Assembly: GCA_951406725.2 (NCBI GenBank)
Contig: OX597816.1
Coordinates: 153,512,001 to 153,576,000, forward strand
DNA: 64,000 nt
Reading direction: 5' to 3'
Source: Octopus vulgaris
Taxonomy: Eukaryota
The notes beneath the pieces were generated by a model. It was not told the origin of the DNA. It did no database searches and saw only the letters and a program-made list of their open reading frames with translations. Numbering within the stretch: position 1 is the stretch's first letter; the number at the start of each line of letters is the position of its first letter. Positions 14,360-28,474 of this stretch are shown here, one piece after another. The position numbers were made by a program, and so were the translations under genes.

Positions 14360-15725
14360 GGGCTGCTAACAGCTGTTATAGAATTCAGTAATGACATCGG
14401 GATGGATTTTGGCCTTTGAAATTGTGCTAAAGCAACTTTTGTATTGTAAGAGGAAAGTGCAGGCAAACAGCTTCTCTTAAATTAGATACCGACACTACCA
14501 TCAAGGAACTCGACCCACAAAATATTAGAAATACCTGTGGATGAACGAAGGATATGGTATATAACATTCTACCATGAAAGAAAAAATAAGAAAGAAATAT
14601 TACAAGAGAATAAGACTCATACTAAAAACTGAACTCAAATCTAAAAATCGCATCGAAGCCAGCCTGGACAGGAAGACAAGAAAACTTTTAACTTCTTAGA
14701 ACATGCACCACCCAAAAACAGATTGTGATCAGCTGTATATACCTAAAAATAATGGGAAAGAGGAATGATGCAGATAGAACCGTGCTATAAGACCACCGCA
14801 ATAGCAATGAACAGGTACTTATCTAGTACAGAAGATAGGACACTACGACTAGTGTGCAAACACGAAAGGAGTAAAAAATCACATTCTATTGTCAAGGAAG
14901 CTTGCAAATTCGCAAGGGAACTTGGCATTAATCCTGAAATATTTGTAGAACCTGAAACCACTGCCACAAAACAAGCAAAATGGATCAAGCAGACTGCAAA
15001 AAGAACGGGCAGAAACAAATTGAGAAGCGGTTGAGTCAGACGCTTCCGCATGGACATATATACATCGATGTCGAAATACTGATGTAGACCAAGCGACAAC
15101 CCATCAGTGGCCGAGAAGTTCAGGACTGAAAGCAGAGACTGAAGGTTTCATATTGGCGGCACAAGACCACAGCTTGCTCAGAAAAAACTACCAGGCTAAC
15201 GTTCTTCAAAACGGTTCTAACCCTAAATGTAGATTCTGCGACACATTTTATGAAACAATAGACCATCTCATCTCGAGATGTCTTGTGCTGACACCTAAAG
15301 AATATAAAAATCTCCAGAATAGGTTAAGGCAGTATTTACATTGGAAAATATGTAAACACTACAAAATCAGCACTCCTACCTACTGGTATGAACATCAACC
15401 TGAGCCAGTCAACACTAACTGAACGACCCAGGCTATTCGACCAGACATAATTATTAAAGACGGAGAAGAAAATACTTTTAGACCTATAGATGTGTTTCCG
15501 TCAATGAATTTGACAAACTAAGTAAATATAAGCACCCGGAAATTGAAATACAAAAGATGAGGCATCTTAAAACGAGAACTGTTTCTGTTATTGTAGGTGT
15601 CCTAGGTATGATAAAAAAGGGATGTCAGAAACATCTAGATAATATCCCAGGAGAACCATGTCTCAGAGAAATCCAAAAGATTGTACTGACAAGTACTGCC
15701 CACATCCTTAGAAAACCTCTATCCA
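14360..15725 (+). mobile_element. R4/Dong-clade LINE, 5'-truncated and degenerate
   Basis: FSNDIGMDFGL*NCAK, LKAETEGFILAAQDHSL, CRFCDTFYETIDHLISRC, RPDIII and VIVGVLG. AAT/GAT-rich tail at ~15880. Confidence 0.85.
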
Positions 15726-15904
15726 TTTAAATGTCTGTGTTGTATTACATGAAGATATTTCGCTACTTCCCCTCCCCAAGCTTTCAGTCATACTGTAACA
15801 TCTTTTATACTTCACTCGTCCCAGGACACTGGGTGTTTTCCGGCAAGTAACTATAACAAACATGCAGATTAAAATAAAAAAATAAAATAATAATAATGAT
15901 GATG

Positions 15905-16930
15905 ATTTCATTTATTTGCTACAAGGGCGAGGAAGAGGGGACAATACAGTGATAGACATAAAGTGTTGGGGTTTACATATAATAATGAAATGATAAAAAA
16001 AAAGAAAGTATACACGGTATACACTAGAAAAGAAGAGACAAATGCATAGCATACAAAGATACAAAAAATGTGGGGCAGGAGGATGATAGAGACGTGGCCC
16101 TCCTGATACAGGAACGCCTCTATGGATAATCGAGGAACCCCACTGTCCGAGATCTCCCTGAAACCCCATGAGCAAGCGCCCTCTCCAATTCCTTCTCTCA
16201 GACTCACAAGTCTAAACTTACAGAGGTACCATCAACTCTTGCCATTTTCGCTACTTTCACCCAATTTTCGATAAATTTACTTGAAGACAGCACTTCCCTC
16301 CCCACTCTCAATTTTCTTTTCAAGTGAAACTTTAAAAAAGTCGATGAGAACTCTACCAAAGAGTAATGTATCTGCCCCAATGCCTTTCAACCATGTCGAC
16401 CAAACAACCTCTTTCACTACAGCCACCAGGCAAAGGAAAACTGCCTTGCCTGCCCGATTGAAGGAGGGCGGCGGTGCAATCATCAGTTACAGACTAGGCC
16501 GACAGACGGATCCGTCCCACACGTGACAGCAGTTGTTCAACAGAACTCCACATGTCAGCAATGCCCGGACACTGAACGAAGGCGTGCAGAACGGTTTCTT
16601 CACTCTGCGCACACCTCGGACAAGTCCGTCTGACAGCACATCCGTACCTCTAGAGCTTGTCTCAAACCAGCAGCCCCAATTCCGGTAGCACTACCAGGCC
16701 ACTAATCACTAGCCCGCCACTAATCCTCTGAAGCGAAACATCTACCGATCCCATTGTCCGACTGGTAATGGGTTGTGAGCGCCTGACGGCATTCTAGGTG
16801 CCAAGCGCCCAGTCTCGGTTTTTTTTTCACCTAGGACTGTAGCTCCGTCAAGGAGACGAGCTGTGGAAAGACGAGCCTCAAAAACGGAGCCCACTCACGC
16901 TCACCATTCAGAAAGAAAAGATGCTGTAGA
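15905..16930 (-). mobile_element. L1/Tx1-like LINE 3' fragment
   Basis: C-terminal zinc knuckle CPRCAQSEETVLHAFVQCPGI followed by VAVVKEVVW. The 3' UTR ends with aataaatgaaa at ~15905. Confidence 0.7.
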
Positions 16931-18960
16931 AAGCGGATGTTAACACTTTGGATAGAGAATGGTATGTTTAATGTGACTGAGAAGAGACTAGTATATCAAG
17001 CAAAAGCTATTAGAAGAAAATGTATGACAGAATTGGAGGTGGAAGAAAGACCAGGAAGTAGGAAAGACGAACAACCACATAAGAGTTCAAACCAAACACG
17101 AACCTGGAGGGAATAATAATGACACTATCAATAAGGAAGGGGCAACTGGCACCAGTGATTTTAGTGATTTAAGTGAGGAAGATCAGAAGATTTTAGATGA
17201 GTTACAGGAAGCGATGAATAAAGAAGAAAAAGATTACCAGCATTAAAAGGTACTGACAGAAGGAAGCTGCTAGATATGACTAGGAAAGTAGATTATGTTA
17301 TCAGTAGAATGAATACTAAAAATATAGGAGACACTAACTTACTGATCTATGTAGGAGGAGATATAGTTACTAAAAGATTAGATATTCCACAAGGAAAATT
17401 AGATTAGAGGGAATTTGGAAAAGGGAATTACAAAATAACGTGAAGACTTTAAGACAGGATCTGAGTAGAATAGAAGCCTGGAAACTGAACAAGTTAGGAA
17501 ATACAAGATTTAAATCTTCTCGAGAAAAGATACTTAGTCAAAGAGAAAGGATTTGGGACAGTCATGGAAGAGTTGAAACAGCGCGTCATAGCAGTAGCAT
17601 GCAAGTTCTCCAGATATCAGAAAAGAATAGATCAGTATCAACAGAATAGATTATTTGAGACAGACCAGATGAGATCTTATAACCAAATAAATTGGGGAAA
17701 AAAGTACTGAAGATGAGAAACCTAAGGCAATAGATGCTAGAAAGTTCTGGAGTTATAATGGAGATGAAGTATGGTTAAAGAAAGTAAGGGAAGGGGCAAT
17801 GAGTGAGAAGTAGCCAGATTTATGATTTACTAGAGCATTAATGAGTAAAGTGTTAGGAATAACGCCGAATTGGAAGGGCTCAGGACTAGATTTAGTTCAA
17901 GGGTACTGTTAAAGAAATTTAGTAATTTGCATGAGAGGCTGAGGGAACAAATTCGGGATTACTTTAGTGGAGAAATAATTCCAGATTGGATGACTAGAGG
18001 GAGAGCAATACTCATTATGAAAGAATAAAGCAATGATACTACAGCTAGTAACTATAGACCAATCACTTGCTTACAATTACTGTGAAAGCTGTTAACAGGA
18101 ATGCTTTCAGAAAGCATTTACTAGTACCTTGAAAAGTTTGCTGTCAGAAGAACAGAAAGGTTGCAGGAAGAAGGCTAGAGGAGTTCTAAATGAAGTAAAA
18201 GCTAGAAAGAAAAATCTAGCAATAGCATGGATAGATCATAAGAAAACTTATGACATAATCCGACACTCACGGATAAGTGAACGTTTGAGTATACTTAGTA
18301 TAGCAGATAACATAAGAGAATCAATTAGTTTTAGATCTCTACTCGGGTAACACGCTGTTAGGGAAAGTTGATACCAAAAGAGGAATTTTCCAAGGAGGCT
18401 CGTTATCCCCTTTGATATTTGTCTTATGTTTGTTCTCCCTCAGTTTAGCATTTAGGAAGGCAACAGCAGGGTATCAGTTCAGAAATAGTAATAGAAAAAG
18501 TAATCATTTGCTCTACATGGATGATCTGAAGCTTTTTAGTAAGAATGAAAAAGCGATAGATTACTTAATACTGGCGGCAAGACTCTAGCAAAGATATAGG
18601 CATGGACTTTGACATAAATAAGGGTGCAATATTAGACAAGGGAAGGTGCTCGAAAAATAAGAGGTGTTGCCTTAGTTCACTGCTAGTGAACAGCTGACGC
18701 CGTAGTACATCTCCAGCGTTAGAAGCTGTGCAAAGGCAATGATAATAATAATAATAATAAATGTAAGATTTTTTTGGACTTTCCCATTCAAAAGGACAAG
18801 AAGTTAGAAAGTAATTAACCGGACATAACAATGATAGATTAGATAAAGCGAAGTTGCTTACTAATCGACCCAGCATGCCGGTTTGATTCCAGGATCGTAA
18901 AGAAACAAGAAGAAAAACAAAAAAACACAATCCCTTATAATTTGATAAAGGAAGAATTTG
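16930..18960 (+). mobile_element. R4/Dong-clade LINE, N-terminal and RT region, degenerate
   Basis: GMFNVTEKRLVYQAKAIR, NYRPITCL, EEQKGCRK, LAIAWIDHKKTYD, KRGIFQGGSLSPLIF and HLLYMDDLKLF (RT YxDD motif). Many stop codons. Confidence 0.88.
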
Positions 18961-19264
18961 GAGCTTAAGTAGTGGCGCAGCATCATAGCTATGTGTTGAG
19001 AGGAATTCTTTGGGGTTAAACATGGTTGTTTCATTCATCATCCTTAAATAACCCTTATTCAAGGTCCTTTTATGTAGGATGGGCTACTCGGCCAGAAGAA
19101 AATTCTATCTGGGCCCCACTAGGAAGGTCATGCGGTGTTTATCTTGATATGTCGCGCGCATGGTTGTGATGCATGTGCTTGATGTACCTTTATCAGACAG
19201 GTAGTCATGATGGCTATACTGGGCTTCGTATATTTTACCCAGTGTCACTTTGATGACATGCACT

Positions 19265-19423
19265 GAAGAAGAAGAAGAAGAAGAAGAAGAAGAAGAAGAA
19301 GAAGAAGAAGAAGAAGAAGAAGAAGAAGAAGAAGAAGAAGAAGAAGAAGAAGAAGAAGAAGAAGAAGAAGAAGAAGAAGAAGAAGAAGAAGAAGAAGAAG
19401 AAGAAGAAGAAGAAGAAGAAGAA
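19265..19423 (+). repeat. Perfect (GAA)53 triplet repeat
   Basis: Directly visible uninterrupted tract. Confidence 0.95.
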
Positions 19424-19814
19424 GATAAACAAAAGACCACCAATGTAGTGAGTGATTCGAATATTTGAATCATACTTTATTTTATTGAACCTGGAGGGGT
19501 GAAGGGTAAAGTTGATCTCGGCAAGGTTCTAACTCAATATATAAAAGTGTGTAACTAAATATAGCAAGAAATGTTATCCTCCACTTTAACGATTCTGTCA
19601 ATCCATTCCCCTTTAATAATTTATAACATTCATAAAACCAGAAATATAGGGTATGAGATGTTGATTAAACCTTCAACAAGAATTGTATGTTAGTCTATCG
19701 ACCCAGTTGAGTTGAAGGACGAAGTTGAAGTCGATTGAATTTTATCTGAACCAAAAGAAAGATCACAAAGTATTTTGTCTGACGCTCTAATGATTCTGTT
19801 AATAGCGATAATAC

Positions 19815-20260
19815 TACTTAGGTACAAAACTGACTTGGCAGATTGAGATACTTGACTAGTTAGTTATTTTATCAACATCAAAGAGAGCAAACTTGATATA
19901 AGTGAGTTACCCAGATCTATATTTATGCGTCACCTTTACCTCGAATCTCTGAACATTTGACTATAATTTCCATCCTGCTCTTTAAAATTCCAATGAACTG
20001 ATATTTCCGACGCTGACGTAGTTCAAGCAATCAACCGCAACAGAGAAAAAAAATTCTAGACGAGCGACTATATAAAATGTATGATAACAGGCAATTAATT
20101 TTTAATTGGTTTGGCCATAATGTTCGTTATTCTGCGTCAATTACTCAATTACTGATGTTTAAAATCGCCGCTAGTTTACTGCGATTACTCTCGTAATTCA
20201 TGTTATTAGCACTTAGATTTAACTGGTTGTCTTAGCTCTAGAGGTTGTGATCTATATAGA
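19815..20260 (+). repeat. Non-coding module, copy 1 of 3
   Basis: Aligns with 22578-23030 and partly with 25290-25725. Confidence 0.75.
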
Positions 20261-20411
20261 TATACCATTGCAAATTCAGTTATTCAACTACACTGTGCAA
20301 TTATATGCATGAATAATTATCACCTATATGCATAATATGATATTGGGCATTTGTGTATTATAATTTGTGAATTATGTTATATTACTAATACACACATACA
20401 CTAACACTTAG

Positions 20412-20494
<83 letters not shown>

Positions 20495-20689
20495 CGCGTG
20501 TGTGTATGTATGTATGTATGTATGTATACTGCATTTCACCAGGTATAGGTGGATCACTCAATTGATAGTTAGTGTGCACCTGAGGTAGCCGCTTTGTTGC
20601 CGCTACATTTACGTGTAATTGCTTCTTATTTAACAATTCTGATATTTCAATATTCTCATCAAACTAGTCTTGATGTTTACGTTCTGTTT

Positions 20690-21900
20690 TCTATAATACC
20701 TCGGGTGCGGATGCATAGAGAGGGTATCGGAATTTGATCCATTTGTCCTCAATGTAGATATCGGAATCTTCCATTGTCACTAATGAGCAGATAAGTGTAT
20801 CTTCAAGCTCAGTATGCTTATCCTTGGACCTGAGTTTGTTGAGGTCCAGAACAGATTCCATTGAAGTCGCCTGTCCTTTATTTCGAGTTTGCACTTGCCT
20901 TTCGTTAAGCGGTAATCTGTCCGGAAATTTGCATCATATATAGACTTGGCAACTCAGATATCGTGCCGATCTTTCTGATGAAAAATGATGCAATTAAATG
21001 CCAATGCTTAGAATTGGTGTGCATCGGAGATGTGCACTTCCTAAAAGTGAGATTAAAAGTGGTGTTTATCGGATCTGATTCACAATGCAAAACTTGACAA
21101 AATGTTAGCTGTTGGAATTGCAGTTACCAACTCCATTACTTCCTGACAACCCGCCATGTTCCATGGTCTGTTCCAGCGTGGCATTAAAGTCTCCCGGCAA
21201 TGAGGGTTTTTTTGTTGGAGAAAATGGCTGAAATTAGTAATGACAGATCTTCGTAGATCATTGGTCATCGTGGGTGCGTAGCAGCTTACAGGGTTGAGAA
21301 AATTGTGTTCTTTTGTTGGGTACGTCAAAAGCACTTTTTTTTTCTTTTTCTTTTTTTGCAACATGTTCTTATTTTAAATTTTTATAATTTTTACAGGAGA
21401 TATTTTTATGCTGAGCAAAATATTTTAAGTAATTTAAGTTAATTTATTTTGGGAAAAAAATTGCATACCATGTTTCGATACATGTTCGTGTTCAAAAAGT
21501 TTTAGTCCGTTCAAGAATTGCTTATCCTGTTCGGCCCGCATCCTAAAGTGTACTTTGAGTTTTGGCCCCCTATGCGATTGAGTTTGACACCCCCGGACTA
21601 GGCAAAGGTAAAACCAACGCAATTCCTACCGAGATCTATGAACATAGTGGACGGAAAATACAAGGAAACTACTCTCCCTATATATTACGATGTGGGATCA
21701 CGAACTAATTCTACAACATTTAAAAGATATCAGCATTGTACACCTCTATAAAATAAAAGAAAACACGAAATAGTGTCAAAGCCATAGGGGCATATCATTC
21801 ATGTCGTTCGCAAACTCCTTTCTCTGGAGAATATATTGCTATCGCATTTGTTCTTGCTCTTTCCTTTTCCGACTTTTTTCTCTTTTCTATTTGGACGAAT
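20690..21900. mobile_element. Degraded RTE-like LINE pieces (APE part on -, 20690-21330; pre-RT part on +, 21600-21900) flanking a hAT-MITE end (~21400-21595)
   Basis: VSCYAPTM and HTNSKHWHLI on minus. SIVHLYK..SHRGISF on plus. cggcccgc...gagtttgacacccc hAT-type terminus. Confidence 0.55.
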
Positions 21901-22099
21901 CTGATAAAGGCAAAGATTGATAACATTCAGAAACCAAATGGAATCTATGAGAAAGCAGACGAAAATGTTCACCATCTGTGAATGTATTAAAATAGTACAA
22001 GAGTATAAGCACAGGTATGACTGTGTGGGTAAAAGAGTGCACTGAGATATTTGCCGAGTGTGTGAGTTCAAAGTAGCAGAAAAATGGTATGCACATGAA

Positions 22100-22520
22100 C
22101 CAGTTGCTCTGTAATACAGATTAAGAATTATAGGGTTTTATGGGACTTATCCATATAGATTGGGCATACTACTGAAGCAGGTAGACTAGATATGATTATA
22201 ACCTACAAAAAATAAATGAACAATGTAAGGTCATAGACTTTACAATGCCATATGACAATAGAGTGGATACCAAAGAAATTGAAATTTTAAAAAATTGACA
22301 AATATCAGGACCTAACGAGAGAGAGGAAGAAATTGTTGAGAAAAATAAATGAGAAATATTAGCACCTTGTCAAGTAAGATGAGTAGATTGTGGAAGACAA
22401 TTATTCTTGTGATAATTGTTGCACTCTTATATAAAACGCTGAAATTGAGACTTGCATTGACGACTTGCAGGAAATTGCCATTCTGTATTCTGCAAGAATC
22501 CCAAGGTTCTAACATCTGAA
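22100..22520 (+). mobile_element. R4/Dong LINE C-terminal remnant
   Basis: WYAHEPV, VLWDLSI, VIDFTMPYD and IDKYQDL endonuclease-region motifs. Confidence 0.6.
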
Positions 22521-22577
22521 GAAACTTTTCGTCACCATATATTTATATAGTAAGCGTGATTTAATGATAATTTAATG

Positions 22578-23030
22578 ATAGGTACAAGAACACAAATGTA
22601 CCAGGTAGATTATAGCACTTTGCTGATAATGAGAAGCAAACTTGATATCAGCGAGTTACCTAGGTCTACGTTTATGCATCAACTCGGATGTTATTATGAC
22701 TCAGAACACTTATTTAATTATAAGCTTCATCCTGCTCCTTACTAATTCCAATAAAGCACTATTTCCAACGCAAACATATTTCAATCAAACAATAGCAACA
22801 ACCACCGAGTGATATGCTAGGTGAAATCGTATATAAAATGCCCATTAACTGAAAAATAACAAGCAATTAATTTTTAATAGGCTTGGCCATAATGATCGTT
22901 GTCCTGCGTTGATTACTCAATTACTAATCTTTAAAACCGCCGCAAGTTTGCTGATTACTATGCTAATTCATACATTACTGGCACTTAGATTTAACTGGTT
23001 ACTTCACTTATAGAGGTTATCAACTGTATA
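22578..23030 (+). repeat. Non-coding module, copy 2 of 3
   Basis: Shares gcaattaatttttaat.gg.ttggccataatg, attactcaattact and gcacttagatttaactggtt with copy 1. Confidence 0.75.
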
Positions 23031-23225
23031 ATTATATTGTTACAATATTAACTTATTCATCATCCACAGCGTAATTATATACGTAAATAATTATCTGTAT
23101 ACATATATGCATACAGGGCATTTGAGTATATGTATTATATATGCTTATGTAATGTGCCAATACATACATACTTACATATATACATATTTGCATATGTGCG
23201 TGTAGTGTGCGTAAACATATATATA

Positions 23226-23259
<34 letters not shown>

Positions 23260-23526
23260 CATACATACATACATACATACATACATACATACATACATAC
23301 ATACATACATACATACATACATACATACATACATACATACATACATACATACATACATAAATCATGAATTAAAAAAGAACAACTGTTGCATAATTATATT
23401 CATCATCTCTTTCAGTTATGAGAACACGGCACCAGTAGCGAGTATCAGTCTGTATTCTCATACGCTCTTCCGAGCTATAATGAAGTATTTTTATTCAGGA
23501 ACGCATTTAAATGCACAAACACTCAT

Positions 23527-23563
<37 letters not shown>

Positions 23564-24047
23564 CACACACGCACACGCACATGTTTATATATACTCTGAC
23601 ATAAATGTGCATATAGTATCATATGCAGCCATTTTATACACACACATATATGCATACACTGTCCCTAAATATACATGCATGTATGCATACATATATACAT
23701 ACATATATACATCTAGACACACATAGCTGTGTATGTGTGTGTTAGGTTAGTGTGCATGCGTGGATTAGTGTGCATGTATGTGCGTGCATGTATGTGCGTG
23801 CATGTATGTGCGTGCATGTATGTGCGTGCATGTATGTGCGTGCATGTATGTGCGTGCATGTGTGTGTGTATATATATACGTATGTGTATATGCATTTATA
23901 TATACATATATGGATGTTTAAATGTGTGGGTGTATGTGTGTATACGTGAACATGTATTTATATGAGAATATACATGCATATGTGTGTCAATATAGTTACA
24001 TACATTCATAAATAAATAAATATATATATATATAAATAAATAAATAA

Positions 24048-24153
<106 letters not shown>

Positions 24154-25190
24154 GACTATTCATCGTGGCTTGTAAGACTGTATAAGTATATAATCTGGCG
24201 CGCTTTACTGAATGTCGTGTTCTTGTAGGTGAGAAAGCTTGAAGCTTATGAACGTAATTATGTAACTTTTGTTCTTTTGTTATTTATTCATCAATATTTT
24301 GTCTGTATTTATGTTACTCTTTATGTGAGTCTGGATCGGATGATATCTGTGAATTCCCAAAATGTCACAGGGGGTGTTATAGATTACCAGACGTTACTAA
24401 TATATTGAATTCTAATGAACGGTTATTCGTTCTCTTATGGAGAAGCTGAAGTATATTTGTCTGTATGTGTATGTGTCTGTGTTTGTATATAGGGATACTG
24501 GAGAAAGAGAGAGAGGGGGTGAAATAGATAAAAAATCTGTTATAAATATGAGTATGAGTGTGTATGTATATGTGCATGCGTGCATGCGTGCATGCATATT
24601 ATCATCACATTATAATTTTACGTCTGTTTTCTATGCTGGACGGGTTTTTCGCCTTCCGAATCATCTGTTGATGTTAACGCTCTCTCAAACGGTTCGGGCA
24701 CTACGTCTTGCTCCTACTTTTCATTTGGAATGGTTTTGACCTTTCGTTAACTTTCTTATCACCACTAACCTCTTCACAGGGTGCATTCGGTGTATTTGCT
24801 CAAAGCTGTCTATATTAGCACAGGGAAACAGGAGAGGAGTTTAGAAAGAGACGCGGTGAGACCAATGTGTAGAGTGATCCTATCGCAGTAAAGAATGATA
24901 TGAGACAGGGAATGAAGGGTTGACGTATTAAAGATCGGTTATGGTAAGCGAGATCGAGTGTGATGGATAGTTGTAGAGATGGCTGATGGCAAGAGATGAT
25001 AGGTACATCTATAAAATGCAAAGTAATCTCTTGCGGAGAGAGAACTCAACATATGTGTAGAGCTTATATTTTCATGGAGTGTTTTGCTATCAGCCATAGA
25101 TATTCAACAAATTAGTTTGAATATTTGGACAGGATTCCTGAAGATTTTCAGTGAGGAACTGTCGTTAATTCTAAGTGGGGGCGGTTGACT

Positions 25191-25285
<95 letters not shown>

Positions 25286-25289
25286 CAAA

Positions 25290-25725
25290 CTAGTGATTAT
25301 AACTAATCTGAGTACGACCGAGGTCCGTATTTTAATTAATGGCTAATTAGATATTTATCAAGCATATATACATACATATCTACATCTTCCGAAAAATTTA
25401 GAACTAGCGTTTAAGTAGGAGTTAATAATAGGAAAATGTAGATATTTTGAAAATCAGCTATTGCAAAACAATCCTAACTCGTCTTTCAGACTAAAAATAT
25501 TTGATATACCTTTCTTACCGCCTTACGGAACATTTCTTCTCCCTTTCAACTTCTCGTAAATTTACACATGTATATGTGTGCTCATTATTCTGCACCAATT
25601 ACTCAATTATTGCTGCGTAAGACCGCTATAAGTTTATTTGGATAGCTATGCTGATTCAAACATTATTAGCACTAAGATATAACTGGTTTTCTGCTCCAAA
25701 GATAATCAACTTTAAAGAGTTTATC
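25290..25725 (+). repeat. Non-coding module, copy 3 of 3 (most diverged)
   Basis: caattactcaattatt and attattagcactaagatataactggtt at 25596-25690. The 5' part is only weakly alignable. Confidence 0.55.
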
Positions 25726-25728
25726 TCA

Positions 25729-25776
<48 letters not shown>

Positions 25777-25891
25777 CACACACACAAACAAACAAACAAG
25801 CACACTCACACACACACACAATTATATATATAGCCGTACAAACGTACGACACTCTCGACCCTTCGGTCACTCCATTGTTTCTGCTAAATAT

Positions 25892-26003
<112 letters not shown>

Positions 26004-26093
26004 CTAATGTAGAATAAAAAATTTTTCAGGAAAAAAATTTTATCAATGGCCAGCATATCAAAAAATACCTTTAAATGTTAAATTTATAAATAA

Positions 26094-26607
26094 CTAGCAG
26101 TATCGCCCGGCGTTGCTCGGGTTTGTAAGGGAAATAACTATATAAGCATTTTTAGTGAGTTACTTCCCTTATAGATGCCAATTCGGGCTTTCTTAGCCAT
26201 TTCTGTTTTGGTGTCTTCAAGCCATGAAGTCGTTGTTCTAAAAGAACGCTGGTCTCCTTGACAACGCATTACGACGTTGATTTCCTTACACTCCCTTCCC
26301 CACAGCTTCACGAGGGAGGGAAGAAGGGGGAGAAGCAACACAGGTGCAGGTGTGACCATGGACGCCCACTCCGCCGCCATCGACACACGAAAAAATATGC
26401 ATTAAAATGGAATAAAAAATTATGTTAAATTATTTTTAAAATCGTAGACTCATCGTAGACGCGCGCTAATACCCAGACGGGCTCGATATGAATCACGACT
26501 ATAAGATACCCGAATTTGGTTAAACTGCACCGCAAAATGTGGGAGTAGTTAGGAATCTAAATCGAAGGGGACAGACACTCACACAACTACAGTTTTGTGT
26601 ATATAGA
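26094..26607 (-). mobile_element. Non-autonomous Helitron
   Basis: On minus: A^TCTATATAC... at the 5' end, GC-rich subterminal hairpin cccgagcaacgccggg, then CTAG^T. Homologous to 57815-58450. Confidence 0.88.
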
Positions 26608-26934
26608 TTTACAAGATAAGGGCAAAAGAAAAATTCTAATGCCAAATATGCCGAAAGAAAGACAAAAATTGTCAATAACCATTATAATTTATGCGTCTCG
26701 AAACAAACCGATAGAAATTTCTAAAAAATCCGTTATTACCGTATGGGTCCCAATTTCGGGGTTAATTCATAAGAATTTTCCCCTCTTCAGCGATAAATAC
26801 GTGAGATATAAGTGAAATACTTACTCATACCCATGGAAAAAGTAAGTACTAAGTCCCGAACAGACCTAAGTACCCCAAATATATCCAAAATAGAAAATCT
26901 TCGGCACATCTTGTAAATTATATATACATACATA

Positions 26935-26997
<63 letters not shown>

Positions 26998-27224
26998 AGA
27001 GAGAGAGAGCATGTGTGTATGATGAAGGCTTGCTGCTTCGAATTTACAGTTACCCCTCTTCTAAAACTTTCAGGACCATGTATGATACTAAAAAGTTTTG
27101 AGTAATTCATGCATACATGCAAATAGACAGACAGATATATACATAATTATTAATATGCATATGTTAAATACGTAAACATACCTGAAAATGCATATATTCA
27201 CGTACATATGTATATATATATATA

Positions 27225-28474
27225 CAGGGGTTGGGCAAAATAATGGCAACACCTAGTATCATAATTTTGAAATATTTATAAAACCGCCAAAAGCTTTTTT
27301 TTAATTAATTTTTAGATTTATTATTAGTGTTGCTTAATATGTTTTGCTACAATTGCAGTTTCCTTTCAGATATCATCAGAAAAAAGGTAATTAAATTTCA
27401 TTAGAATGACAGATCTGTCGGACTTTCAAAGAGGTCAAATTGTTGGTGCTCATATGGCAGGCGCTAGCGTAACGAAAACAGCTGAAATGTTTGGTGTATC
27501 AAGAAGTACTGTCTCGAAAGTAATGACAGCCTTTGAGGGTGAGGGATAAACCTCCTCGTCGAAACAAAACTCCGGAAGAAAACCAAAACTTTCAGATGGG
27601 GACTGTCGGATTCTTACGCGAATTATTAGAAAGAATCACAAAAGTACAGCTCCCAAAATTACTGCAGAGCTTAATGACCACCTCGAGAACTCAGTTTCCA
27701 CAAACACTGTTCGCTGGGAGCTGCACAAAGCCGGGTTTCACGAGAGAACTGCAATCAGAAAACCACTACTTTCAAAAACAAATGTTGCAAAGCGTTTAGA
27801 GTGGAGTAAAAACCTACAGAATTGGTCCCTAGAGCAGTGGAAGAATGTTATTTTCTCATCCGTTACCTTATTTCCGACCACTGGCCTAGTATACGTGTAG
27901 AGACAGCCAAAAAGAACCGTTCGACTCAGACTGCCTTCTTCCAACTGTTAAAGATGGAGAAGGATCTGTGGTGATGGGGGGGGGGGGGGCTATATCTAGG
28001 AAAGCCGTGGTTTCCCTTCATGGCAGAATTAATAGTCAAGACTATTTAAGCATTTTATCTGATCAAATTCATCCTATGGTTGCGGAACTGTTTCCGGGGG
28101 AAAAAGGCAATCTTTCAGGATGATAATATACCAATTCATACAGCTAAAGTTGTTACTTAATGGCACGAGGAACATTCTAGTAAAGTTGAACATCTTATCT
28201 GGCCACCTCAGTCCCCAGATCTCAGTATTATTGAACATTTATGGTTCATTTTAGAAAAACAAGGAGTCGCTATCCTCCACCATCATTGCTCCAAGAGCTG
28301 GAGACTGTTTTAGCTGAAGAATGGACAAAAATTCCTTTGGAAAAATTCAAACTTTGTACGAGTCCATACCTCGTAAAATTCAAACTGTAATTACTGCCAA
28401 AGGCGGTCATACTCAATATTAAAATTAATTTGTGTGAAATTTCAAGGTGTTTCCATTATTTTGTCCAACCCCTG
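27225..28474 (+). mobile_element. Full-length degenerate Tc1-like transposon with D36E spacing
   Basis: TA|caggggttgggcaaaataatggcaacacc ... ggtgtttccattattttgtccaacccctg|TA. Pseudo-ORF from 27406: MTDLSDFQRGQIVGA...GRKPKLS...FQDDNIPIH...WPPQSPDLSIIEHLW, with stops and frameshifts. Confidence 0.93.
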
